The position numbers and the translations under genes are program-made. DNA of 64,000 nt from a bacterium. GTDB taxonomy: Bacteria; Patescibacteriota; Minisyncoccia; Phycocordibacterales; Phycocordibacteraceae. The stretch spans positions 448,001 through 512,000 of the forward strand of contig JBBCGK010000001.1 in NCBI GenBank assembly GCA_037200965.1, given 5' to 3'. This document shows, one piece after another, positions 20,518 to 28,850 of this stretch. How positions within the stretch are numbered: the stretch's first letter is position 1; every line of letters starts with the position of its first letter. Below the pieces are notes generated by a model. It saw nothing but the letters and a program-made list of their open reading frames with translations, was not told the origin of the DNA and did no database searches.

Positions 20518-21102
20518 CTAGCGCTGCTTGTTAAAAGTTTCCCTGAAAAGCTTCTTCGCCCGGTGTACCCGCGTCTTCACGGCCGAGACGCTCGCGCCTT
20601 CTATTCGCGCCATTTCCTCTTGGTTTTTTCCTTCAAGGAATTGGAGTCTCAAAAGCCTTGCGGCGGACTCCGGAAGCTTCGCGAGCGCCTGGAGCACCTC
20701 GTCCCTAGCGGTAAGGTCAGCAACGAAATCCTCGCGGTCGGCGATGCGCTCGAAGCTTTCGGGCTCTAACTCGGTGCGCACGCCCCGCTCGGCTTTCAGT
20801 TTCTGATACTTGGTATAGGCGACCCGGTTGAGGATGGCATACGCCCAGGAAGAGAAGCTCGCGCCCTCCTGGGCCTCATAGCGGTCGGCGTAGAGGTATA
20901 TGCGGGTGAAGGCGTCCTGCACCGCCTCTTCCGCGTCCTCGTCGCTCCGGAGTATCGCTTTGGCCCGCCGGAGCAGGGGTGCCTCGTAGCGGGCGACGAG
21001 GATGGCGAAATGCTCGGGAGAACTTCGGGAAAGGACGAGTATCTCGGCGTCGGGAAGCTCGGGGGCCGCCTCTCTTGAAAAGCTCATAATAGCCTGTATC
21101 AT
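20518..21102 (-). CDS. ECF-type RNA polymerase sigma-70 factor
   Basis: Region 2 (AEEAVQDAFTRIYLYADRYEAQEGASFSSWAYAILNR). Region 4 (LPESAARLLRLQFLEGKNQEEMARIEGASVSAVKTRVHRAKKLFRE). Confidence 0.85.
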   Translation of the reverse strand: MIQAIMSFSREAAPELPDAEILVLSRSSPEHFAILVARYEAPLLRRAKAILRSDEDAEEAVQDAFTRIYLYADRYEAQEGASFSSWAYAILNRVAYTKYQKLKAERGVRTELEPESFERIADREDFVADLTARDEVLQALAKLPESAARLLRLQFLEGKNQEEMARIEGASVSAVKTRVHRAKKLFRETFNKQR

Positions 21103-21177
21103 ACGCTACATCCGCGGGTCGGACATTTTTTATAACCGCCCTTCCCCGCCGTTAGTTTCAAGCACTAATCAATCCCT

Positions 21178-21753
21178 ATGGCAGTACTCAGCTACAACGA
21201 GATAGTCCCGAAGGTCGTGATCGAATACGAAGGCGCTCCGTACGAGGTGCTCTCCTCGCACGTGTTCCGCATGCAGATGAGGAAGCCCGTGAACCAGACC
21301 AAGCTCCGAAGCATGCTCACGGGCAAGGTCACCGAGATATCCTTTCACCAGAGCGAAACGGTCAAGGAAGCCGATATCTCGACTATGGAAGCGAACTATC
21401 TCTATACCAACCGCGGCCAGTCGTGGTTTGCCGAAACCGGCAACGCGAAGAACCGTTTCTTTTTCGAGGAGGACGCCGTATCTGACAAGGTGAAATACCT
21501 GGTCCCAAATTCGGAAGTCGAGATATTCCAATACGAGGGCAAGCAGGTCTCCGTGAAGATTCCGGTCAAGATCGATCTTAAAGTCACCGACGCTCCCCCG
21601 GCCGTCAAAGGAAACACCGCCCAGGGCGGCAGCAAGCTCGTCACGCTTGAGAGCGGGGCGACCGTAAACGTTCCGCTCTTCATAAACGAGGGGGATATCC
21701 TCCGCCTCAACACGGACACGGGCGAATACGTGGAACGGGTCGAGAAAGCGTAA
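21178..21753 (+). CDS. efp: elongation factor P
   Basis: MAVLSYNEIVPKVVIEYEGAPYEVLSSHVFRMQMRKPVNQTKLRSMLTGKV... has the three-domain EF-P length and pattern. Confidence 0.9.
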   Translation: MAVLSYNEIVPKVVIEYEGAPYEVLSSHVFRMQMRKPVNQTKLRSMLTGKVTEISFHQSETVKEADISTMEANYLYTNRGQSWFAETGNAKNRFFFEEDAVSDKVKYLVPNSEVEIFQYEGKQVSVKIPVKIDLKVTDAPPAVKGNTAQGGSKLVTLESGATVNVPLFINEGDILRLNTDTGEYVERVEKA

Positions 21754-21756
21754 AGC

Positions 21757-21790
21757 GAAATGGCGGGACCCCGGGGTCCCGCCATTTACT
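21757..21790 (+). terminator. rho-independent terminator after efp
   Basis: AAATGGCGGGACCCCGGGGTCCCGCCATTT begins 4 nt after the efp stop. Confidence 0.7.
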
Positions 21791-21808
21791 GCAGCTCCGT
21801 TTCTTCGA

Positions 21809-22360
21809 TCATCGTGACCTCCGGCCGGTCCGAACGGTCACGGAAGAGTCCGAAGCGACGAACGTCAGTCCGTCAGGCGTAAGCGCGTAGGGAAGGAGGA
21901 AATATGATTTTCCCTGCGGTACGCCATATTCGCCTTCCCGTCCGAACCATTGCGAGCGAATACCAAAGACGGTGAAAACCCGCGCGACCGCGATTACGCG
22001 GCACGCTCCCGCGCCGGAGATCGCGACAAATCGCGCTCTTGCTACGCGTAGCGATACCGCATGCTCGAGCCTCTGCGTCATGTCGTGCCGAGCTACCGCT
22101 TGAACGACTGGTTCCGGCCATTTCAAACATTCAGCCGCTTTCACGCTTGCCGCCCGAATCTCGGCTACAGTCAATCGCCCGCCGACCGCTGACGGGCGAT
22201 CATACAGGTCGACAGACCAATCAAGCGCCATGATGAACATCATCCCGAGCGTGAATATGATGCTCGACCTCGGGATTGCCGCCTCTACTTCGGCAAGCAG
22301 TCTTTGCAACGTTTTGAGCCCAAGCACCGCAGCGCGCCGAGGCCAGGTTTGAATCCGCAT
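21809..22360 (-). CDS. hypothetical protein (weak call)
   Basis: 183-aa ORF in a GC-rich stretch with no recognised motif. It may be spurious. Confidence 0.25.
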   Translation of the reverse strand: MRIQTWPRRAAVLGLKTLQRLLAEVEAAIPRSSIIFTLGMMFIMALDWSVDLYDRPSAVGGRLTVAEIRAASVKAAECLKWPEPVVQAVARHDMTQRLEHAVSLRVARARFVAISGAGACRVIAVARVFTVFGIRSQWFGREGEYGVPQGKSYFLLPYALTPDGLTFVASDSSVTVRTGRRSR

Positions 22361-22445
22361 CGCTTTCGGGCCTCGTTAAGGTACGGGCGGCACCCCGTGT
22401 GCCGCCGCTTCCTGAAGCGGAGAGTGCCACAGCAAAAATGTAAAC

Positions 22446-22476
22446 GCAAGAAGGCGGTAAAAACCGCCTTCTTGTA
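22446..22476 (-). terminator. rho-independent terminator downstream of rpsR
   Basis: Minus sense reads CAAGAAGGCGGUUUUUACCGCCUUCUUG followed by a U-rich tract. Confidence 0.55.
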
Positions 22477-22492
22477 GTTTGCCTAACGAGAA

Positions 22493-22699
22493 TTACGCCG
22501 CGAGGTACGGCATGAGGGCCATGTAGCGGGCGCGCTTTATCGCCTGCGTGATATCGCGCTGCTTTCCGGCCGGAAGTCCGGTGCGCTTTCTGGGGAGCAT
22601 CTTCGCGTGCGGGCTCGTGAACTGGCGAAGATATTCCACATCCTTGTAATCGATGTGCTTCTTAAGCTCTACCTCTTCCCGTTCGGATTGATATGCCAT
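22493..22699 (-). CDS. rpsR: 30S ribosomal protein S18
   Basis: ...YKDVEYLRQFTSPHAKMLPRKRTGLPAGKQRDITQAIKRARYMALMPY is the S18 signature. Confidence 0.9.
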   Translation of the reverse strand: MAYQSEREEVELKKHIDYKDVEYLRQFTSPHAKMLPRKRTGLPAGKQRDITQAIKRARYMALMPYLAA

Positions 22700-22709
22700 A
22701 GGTGATTAT

Positions 22710-23159
22710 TTAAAACGGAATGTCTTCCGGGTTGATGTCTTCGTCCGGGTACTGGATCTCGTCGGCGGGCGCGCCCTTGTCCTGGCTTCCCTCTCCCGCG
22801 CCCTCCTGGCCGCGGGTACCTCCGCCCATTCCGGCACCCGCAGGACCGAACTGGAAGTTCTCGACGACGATCTCGGAGCGGTACTTCTTCTGCCCTTCGC
22901 TCTCCCAGGAACGGGTCTGCATGCGGCCTTCGACGAAGATCGCCTTGCCTTTCTTCATGTACTGGCCGATAACTTCCGCCTGGCGGCCGAACGCCACGAT
23001 GTTATGGAACTCGGTCGACTCCTGCTTCGCCCCCTCCTTGTTCTTGTATGTACGGTTGGTCGCGATCGAAAACGACGCGACTTGCTGGCCCGAAGGGAGC
23101 GCGCGGAGTTCCGGATCGCGGGTGAGGTTGCCGTAGACGAAAGCTTTGTTGAGATACAT
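22710..23159 (-). CDS. ssb: single-stranded DNA-binding protein
   Basis: OB-fold N-terminus (AFVYGNLTRDPELRALPSGQQVASFSIATNRTYKNKEG...). Gly-rich linker. Acidic C-terminal tail ...DEDINPEDIPF. Confidence 0.9.
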   Translation of the reverse strand: MYLNKAFVYGNLTRDPELRALPSGQQVASFSIATNRTYKNKEGAKQESTEFHNIVAFGRQAEVIGQYMKKGKAIFVEGRMQTRSWESEGQKKYRSEIVVENFQFGPAGAGMGGGTRGQEGAGEGSQDKGAPADEIQYPDEDINPEDIPF

Positions 23160-23171
23160 CTGGGTAAGGTA

Positions 23172-23660
23172 TTAGACGGTCGTAGCCGTTTCAAGCGCCG
23201 CGTCGAGCTCGACTTCGGAGATGCCCTCCTCCTTTTGCGGAACCTGCATGCGGATAGAGCGCAGATCGGCCGCATGACGAGCGGCCTCACGGTCAGTCTT
23301 CACATCGATAAAGCGAATGATGCGCTTCTCTTCCCCCGCTTTCGAGATAACTGCAGCATGTCCTTCGCCTTTCGCTTCATATGCGATCCATGCGAAGAAC
23401 GCGCTGTTGAAGTCGCGGCGTCCGCCTACATCGCTTCTTGAGATGGTGTACGCGAGCGGGATACTTTCCGGCTCTCCCTCGGCAACGATCTCGCCTGCGG
23501 CTTCTGCCGCATCGCGGATGCCCTGATAGACCTTCTTCACTTCCTCGCTTGGAAGCTCGGGGTCGATATGGAAACCAAGCTCGTATACGCGGGCCTCGCC
23601 ATCATCGATGTCGGCGTCGAATTCCGCGCTCTCCGCTGCCTGATCCTTCTTCTTGGCCAT
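23172..23660 (-). CDS. rpsF: 30S ribosomal protein S6 with extended termini
   Basis: The core YELGFHIDPELPSEEVKKVYQGIRDAAEAAGEIV...IPLAYTI...FFAWIAYEAKGEGHAAVI is S6-like. Gene order rpsF-ssb-rpsR. Confidence 0.7.
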   Translation of the reverse strand: MAKKKDQAAESAEFDADIDDGEARVYELGFHIDPELPSEEVKKVYQGIRDAAEAAGEIVAEGEPESIPLAYTISRSDVGGRRDFNSAFFAWIAYEAKGEGHAAVISKAGEEKRIIRFIDVKTDREAARHAADLRSIRMQVPQKEEGISEVELDAALETATTV

Positions 23661-23717
23661 AATAGGGGCATCCTAGCACGCTGCCCTACCCCTCGCAAGG
23701 CAGCTTTAAAGCGTAAA

Positions 23718-24515
23718 TCAGGCGAGCTTAAAGATCCGCCTGGCGTTTATAAGAAGCGCTTCGCGGACAGTTTCGACTTCCTCCCCGCGGATGCGGGCGA
23801 TGGCGGAGACGACATCCATGACGGCCAAAGGATCGTTCCTCTTCCCCCTGCGGGATGAGGGAGCGACGTAGGGAGAATCGGTTTCGGAGAGAAGGTGCGT
23901 AAGGGGCGCGGCGCGTACCACCTCGTCATAGTCGTGGGTAAAAGTGAGCACGGCCGTATAGGACGTAGTGAAATCAAGCGCGAAGAGCTTGCGCGCCTCT
24001 TCGATGCCGCCTACGAAGAAATGTACATTTCCGGTAAGGCGGTCTCCGTGCTCGCGCTTCGCGCTTTCGAGAATATCGATGAGATCGCTATATGCGTCGA
24101 CCGTTCCCTTGGAAGGCCGCGCATGAATCATCAGGGGCTTCCCGGTCTCGGCTGCAAGCACGACATGGCTCTCGAATACCGCTCGCTGTTTTTTCTTCGC
24201 TTCGTCGCTTGTATCAACGGGGCGGAAATAGTCTAGCCCGCACTCCCCTATCGAAACTACCTTCGGGTGCGCGGCAAGCGAGCGGAAGGCCGTCTCGTCG
24301 AATCTTTCTTCGGGCGTGTCGTTCGGATGGAGTCCGACAGAGGCGTAGAAGTCGGGACGGCTCTCCACGAGGACTATCGCCTGCTCGGAAGACTTCCGGT
24401 CGACGCCGACAACGATGCCGCCGACCTCATTCTCCGCAAGATTCTCGAAGAGCCTTCCTCGGTCCTCGTCGAACAGGTCGAACTGGACGTGGCAATGCGC
24501 ATCGAAATACTTCAT
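23718..24515 (-). CDS. tatD: TatD-family metal-dependent hydrolase/DNase
   Basis: MKYFDAHCHVQFDLF...SVGLHPND...SIGECGLDYF...PLMIHAR...VHFFVGG...SETDSPYVAP. Confidence 0.85.
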   Translation of the reverse strand: MKYFDAHCHVQFDLFDEDRGRLFENLAENEVGGIVVGVDRKSSEQAIVLVESRPDFYASVGLHPNDTPEERFDETAFRSLAAHPKVVSIGECGLDYFRPVDTSDEAKKKQRAVFESHVVLAAETGKPLMIHARPSKGTVDAYSDLIDILESAKREHGDRLTGNVHFFVGGIEEARKLFALDFTTSYTAVLTFTHDYDEVVRAAPLTHLLSETDSPYVAPSSRRGKRNDPLAVMDVVSAIARIRGEEVETVREALLINARRIFKLA

Positions 24516-24549
24516 GCGGTTGAACGATAGCATAAAAAGGTCTGAGTGA

Positions 24550-24585
24550 GTTGCACAACCTCCTTTTTACGAACGATCCTGCAGG
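24550..24585 (-). repeat. 36-bp array repeat, copy 1 (distal to cas genes; 34 nt from the tatD start)
   Basis: Exact match to the 36-mer. Confidence 0.95.
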
Positions 24586-24594
24586 TTAAAAGCC

Positions 24595-24903
24595 GTGACT
24601 GATTTTCATCGAAAGCACGGCTACGACGTGGGGACCGGGAACATGGCGGTCATGTCGCTCAGAATTGGACTACTCATAGAAGAACTGGGTGAACTCCACG
24701 CCGTGGTTTCAAAGGGTGTTGGCGACATTTCAGAGGAACACGCAGACCTCTTGTATCTACTTCTTGGAAACTGCGTCACGCTTGGTATTGATATAGAAAC
24801 TGCTTTCTTTGCAAAACATGCCATTAACATGCGGAGGGAAGCCAAGGTAGTGAGGGGGAACCGCCGTGTATCGGATTGGTCCCATGAAAAATCTCAGGAA
24901 TGA
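24595..24903 (+). CDS. MazG-like nucleoside triphosphate pyrophosphohydrolase (all-alpha NTP-PPase)
   Basis: 102 aa. ...RIGLLIEELGELHAVVSKGVGDISEEHADLLYLLLGNCVTLGIDIETAF is the EExxE...EExxD MazG signature. The start is 9 nt after repeat 1. Confidence 0.7.
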   Translation: MTDFHRKHGYDVGTGNMAVMSLRIGLLIEELGELHAVVSKGVGDISEEHADLLYLLLGNCVTLGIDIETAFFAKHAINMRREAKVVRGNRRVSDWSHEKSQE

Positions 24904-25931
24904 AAGCTACAGTCATCATCGGTGCGCAGTATGGCAGCGAAGGAAAAGGTAAGATTGCAGCTTATCTTTCAGATGAGTTCGCTCGTGCAGTTCGAACTGG
25001 CGGGCCAAACTCGGGGCATACCGTCGAGCGCAATGGCACGTTCTATCAAGTTCGAGCGGTCCCTAGTGCCTTCGTGAACCAACAATGTCGCCTCGCGATT
25101 GGTGCCGGGGCCATAATAAACACTGCCGTACTATTAGGAGAATTAACGGCATGTGGTATTGTCGAGGGGCGTTTGATAGTTGACCCTCAGGCTGTCATAA
25201 TTGATGAAGAATATCAAAATTCGGAACTAGATTTAATCAGTTCGATTTCGTCCACCGGACAAGGCGTTGGTGCAGCAATCGCAGCTAAGGTCTTACGTCG
25301 GAAAGTAACTCTCGCAAGAGACGTGCCCGAGTTGCGGCCACTGCTTGCCGATGTTGCTGGCACGATCAATTCCGAACTCCAACAAGGCCTAGCTGTAATG
25401 ATTGAGGGGTCGCAAGGATTTTTCTTGAGTTTGCATCATGGTTACTATCCGTTTGTAACAGGCAGGGAAACGACCGCAAGTTCATTTTGCGCCGAAGTAG
25501 GAATCGGTCCCAAAGATGTGGGTCAAGTGATTGGAGTTCTCCGCACCCACCCGATTAGAGTTGGCGGCCCTTCGGGACCTCTTCAAGACGAAATCGATTG
25601 GCAGACCGTCACCGCCGAGTCGGGCTACCCAACACCGCTGTTAGAGATAACTACCGTTACCAAACGAATTCGACGCGTCGGGAGGTTCTCAATGGCCGAA
25701 GCTAAACGATCTTTGATGATCAATTCGGCGACCCAAATTGCTTTAAACTTCGTCGACTACTTGGACCATGCAAACTTTGGACTTAGAAGCTACACCGCAC
25801 TGACTGCTTCAACAAAAAAATTCATCGACGCACTAGAGACACAAACGGGAGTTCCCGTTTCGCTGGTGGGCACGGGGCCCCGTAACAGCGATATGATAGA
25901 CTTACGACGCGAAAAGAACCTCCCCCATTAG
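24900..25931 (+). CDS. short-form adenylosuccinate synthetase homologue (PurA family; candidate PurZ-like)
   Basis: GAQYGSEGKGKI (P-loop). GGPNSGHTV. ISSTGQGVGAA. MIEGSQGFFLSLHHGYYPFVTGRETTAS. TTVTKRIRRVGRFSMAEAKRSL. GVPVSLVGTGPRNSDMIDLR. These align along E. coli PurA. The protein is 343 aa against 432 aa. Its start ATGA overlaps the MazG-like stop. Confidence 0.8.
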   Translation: MKATVIIGAQYGSEGKGKIAAYLSDEFARAVRTGGPNSGHTVERNGTFYQVRAVPSAFVNQQCRLAIGAGAIINTAVLLGELTACGIVEGRLIVDPQAVIIDEEYQNSELDLISSISSTGQGVGAAIAAKVLRRKVTLARDVPELRPLLADVAGTINSELQQGLAVMIEGSQGFFLSLHHGYYPFVTGRETTASSFCAEVGIGPKDVGQVIGVLRTHPIRVGGPSGPLQDEIDWQTVTAESGYPTPLLEITTVTKRIRRVGRFSMAEAKRSLMINSATQIALNFVDYLDHANFGLRSYTALTASTKKFIDALETQTGVPVSLVGTGPRNSDMIDLRREKNLPH

Positions 25932-25939
25932 ATACCAGC

Positions 25940-26692
25940 ATGAAAAACCAATACTTTGGCGACTTGAGCGACTATAAGAAGTACGGTTTGCTGCGCACAC
26001 TTTCGATTGAGGGTGAGTGCTCGCTCACTGTGTGTTGGATGCTGACGCGAGATGATCAAAGTACCGACGGGCGGCATACAACTTATTTGGCGGACGTAAG
26101 AGAATGGCGCAACCATGAGCCGTTGGTATTTGATCTACTCGCGGACGCAGTCTTCAAAAATTCCCGTAATCTCGAAATAGTTGAAAAGTCCGGACTAATA
26201 CCGAACTCAAACTACTTTCGTGAGGAAATCGGCGATGCTCCCTCCCAACGGGAAGCTTTTTTTGCCCGATTGGCAGATGAAGCCCGCAATTCTGATATTG
26301 TGTTCTTGGACCCCGACAACGGCCTTGAAGTGAAGTCAGTCCCCTATGGCTCCAAGGGAGCACATAAGTACATTTATCGGTCTGAAATCGAAAAGTTATC
26401 TCGGAATGGACTTTCAATCTTGCTGTATCAACATTTTGGTCGGAAAGAACGGTCTGAGTTTATCCGAGCTATTGCATTGAAACTCATCGATTGGCTGAAT
26501 GTGGAGGAAGTATTTTCACTTCGGACGACGCATACCGTATTTTTTCTTGTGCCGAAAGCTGCCCACAGGTCGCGAATAGATCGATCCCTCCAGGCAGTAA
26601 ATAGACAATGGGGAGATAAGATCTTTATCGAGATACACTCTAAGGAGTCTGTATCAACGGTTACAACGAAAAATCAGTTAGACCTACTCTAA
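25940..26692 (+). CDS. hypothetical protein
   Basis: 250-aa ORF that is AT-richer than the core genome. No confident motif was found. Confidence 0.5.
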   Translation: MKNQYFGDLSDYKKYGLLRTLSIEGECSLTVCWMLTRDDQSTDGRHTTYLADVREWRNHEPLVFDLLADAVFKNSRNLEIVEKSGLIPNSNYFREEIGDAPSQREAFFARLADEARNSDIVFLDPDNGLEVKSVPYGSKGAHKYIYRSEIEKLSRNGLSILLYQHFGRKERSEFIRAIALKLIDWLNVEEVFSLRTTHTVFFLVPKAAHRSRIDRSLQAVNRQWGDKIFIEIHSKESVSTVTTKNQLDLL

Positions 26693-26765
26693 GTAAGTGA
26701 GCAACATGGATATTGGAAAGGAGCCTGACTTCGCCTCGGATGCCTACTTTGATAATCCGCAACAA

Positions 26766-26801
26766 GTTGCACAACCTCCTTTTTACGAACGATCCTGCAG
26801 G
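26766..26801 (-). repeat. 36-bp array repeat, copy 2
   Basis: Exact match to the 36-mer. Confidence 0.95.
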
Positions 26802-26803
26802 AC

Positions 26804-27418
26804 GATATCCACAAATCACTGCTGCGCAGCGCGGGCCTCGCGCATCTCTCGGCGGATGAGATTGGGGACTTGAGGGACTTGGCAGCGCATGAGCTACGGA
26901 ATGAGACCGCGGACCGCGGTGGTCTCATGGCGGGATTGCGACTGCGCCTGCAACAATGCGACACACGGCTATCACGCCTTACAGACGCGCTCCTCGACCA
27001 CCTCATCGAAAAGCAGGAATACGAAGCCAAGAAGGCCGCGCTCCTGGGCGAGCGGCGCGAACTGCTAGACAAACTGGAAAGCCCGGAGGCTTCGCGTCAA
27101 CCCGCCGACGGCGTGCTGCAAGCATTGGAACTGCCAGATGTCGTGGAAACACGCTACGAAATGGCTTTGCCGGACCAACGGCGCCGCATTGCGTCTGCAA
27201 TCGCTTGGAACCTAACTGGTAGCGGAAAAGAGGCCGTACCTGAGCTGAAATCTCCGTACCGGGAGATCGTACAGTGGCGTCTTTCCAATCCGGTGCGCCG
27301 TAACGGGGAGCGATCGGAACCTGACATAAAGCTGCTATACGAAGCGCTCAAAGAAGTCTGCCGGCGAGAAGACAAGCCGCCGCAACGTCCCCAACGTCCT
27401 GATGTCTCCGGCATATAA
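26804..27418 (+). pseudogene. coiled-coil protein fragment entering at repeat 2 (possibly the C-terminal part of a recombinase-like protein)
   Basis: The reading frame is open from 26693 through repeat 2 (...CTTSFLRTILQDDIHKSLLRSAGLAHLSADEIGDLRDLAAHELRNE...). It then continues as LQQCDTRLSRLTDALLDHLIEKQEYEAKKAALLGERRELLDKLES. It has no credible own start. Confidence 0.35.
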
Positions 27419-28715
27419 GGCGACATACTTTTTCGAGAATTGTCGCGCCTTATGCCGCGTGAATGTCAGGCAGATGCTGTTCTGCATGGATGCGAGCATC
27501 AGCTACTTCGCCCGCACCAACTTCCGCAACCGAAACCAGCTCTTCGGTGTGAGGCAAGCCGACCGTCTTTCGCACCTGTACGTCATCGGCAAGACTGGCA
27601 CGGGCAAGTCCACCCTCCTTGAAACCCTCGCCCGGCAAGACCTTCGGGCCGGGCGCGGCTTCGCCCTCATAGACCCGCACGGCGATCTCGTGGAACGGAT
27701 CGCGAGGGACGCGCCGGAAGCCGTCTATCTGAACGCCCCCGATCCCTCCCAGCCCTTCGGCTATAATCCGCTCCGGAGGGTCAGGGACGACAAGATACCG
27801 CTTGCCGTCTCGGGCTTCCTCGAAACCCTCAAGAAGCTCTGGCCCGACGCGTGGGGCGTGCGCATGGAGCACGTCCTTAGGAATACGCTGTATGCGCTAT
27901 TCGAGCAGGAGGATGCGCGGCTTCCCGATATCCTCCGCCTCTATGCCGACGAGACATACCGGAAGGCGCTCGCCAAGGGGATTAGGAACGATACCGTCCG
28001 CCGCTTCTGGCTCCATGAGTTCGAGCACTTCCACTTTCGCCAGAGGGCGGACGCCGTGGCTCCGATACAAAACAAGATCGGGGCGCTCCTTGCCGACCCC
28101 ACGCTCTATCGCATCCTCGTCGAGCCAAAGGAGGATATCCGCTTCCGTGCCCTCATGGACGGCGGCGGGGTTCTTCTGGTCAATCTCTCGAAGGGCAAAC
28201 TTGGCGAGGACAGCTCGCACATCCTCGGCGCGCTCATCGTCTCGACCCTGGGCCTTGCTGCCTTTAGTCGGGCCGACAGTCCCCCAACCTCCCGCCGCCC
28301 TTTCTTCGTCTATATCGACGAATTCCAGTCCTTCACGACCCTTATGCTCGCCGACATGATGTCGGAGCTGCGGAAGTACGGCGTGGGCCTTACCTTGGCG
28401 CACCAATATATGCACCAGCTTGAACCCGAGATACGGCATGCGGTTCTGGGGAACGCTGGGACGCTCATATCATTCCGTGTTGGCCCCGAGGATGCGTCAA
28501 TCCTGGCGAAGGAGTTTCAGCCGACGTTTGACACACACGATCTCCTGAACCTGCCTAACCACCATATCTATCTGAAGCTGATGATTGATGGGGTGCCGGG
28601 CGGGGCGTTTAGTGCAAATACAGTCGATCATTCGACGCGGGGAGAGACAAAGCTCGCACCGCTACGAAGGACTTCAGACTTGAATGCGGGCGAAAGCGCG
28701 TCTGACTATGTGTGA
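27402..28715 (+). CDS. P-loop NTPase of the FtsK-HerA/TraG (DUF87 / AAA_10-like) superfamily
   Basis: Walker A SHLYVIGKTGTGKSTLLETL. Walker B RRPFFVYIDEFQSF. DPHGDL. Arginine-finger-like RKYGVGLTLAHQ. The real start may be the internal M at ~27474. Confidence 0.7.
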   Translation: MSPAYKATYFFENCRALCRVNVRQMLFCMDASISYFARTNFRNRNQLFGVRQADRLSHLYVIGKTGTGKSTLLETLARQDLRAGRGFALIDPHGDLVERIARDAPEAVYLNAPDPSQPFGYNPLRRVRDDKIPLAVSGFLETLKKLWPDAWGVRMEHVLRNTLYALFEQEDARLPDILRLYADETYRKALAKGIRNDTVRRFWLHEFEHFHFRQRADAVAPIQNKIGALLADPTLYRILVEPKEDIRFRALMDGGGVLLVNLSKGKLGEDSSHILGALIVSTLGLAAFSRADSPPTSRRPFFVYIDEFQSFTTLMLADMMSELRKYGVGLTLAHQYMHQLEPEIRHAVLGNAGTLISFRVGPEDASILAKEFQPTFDTHDLLNLPNHHIYLKLMIDGVPGGAFSANTVDHSTRGETKLAPLRRTSDLNAGESASDYV

Positions 28716-28850
28716 GCGGGATCACGTTTTTTTGCAGATGGCACGCCCGCGTGGGCTGTTTTGGTAATTGCCATAGCGTCTTGGCAACAACTGGGCGTCA
28801 GTACCTGGCTTCCCTCACAGGTTGAATATATTACAGTATAGCTCAACCAT

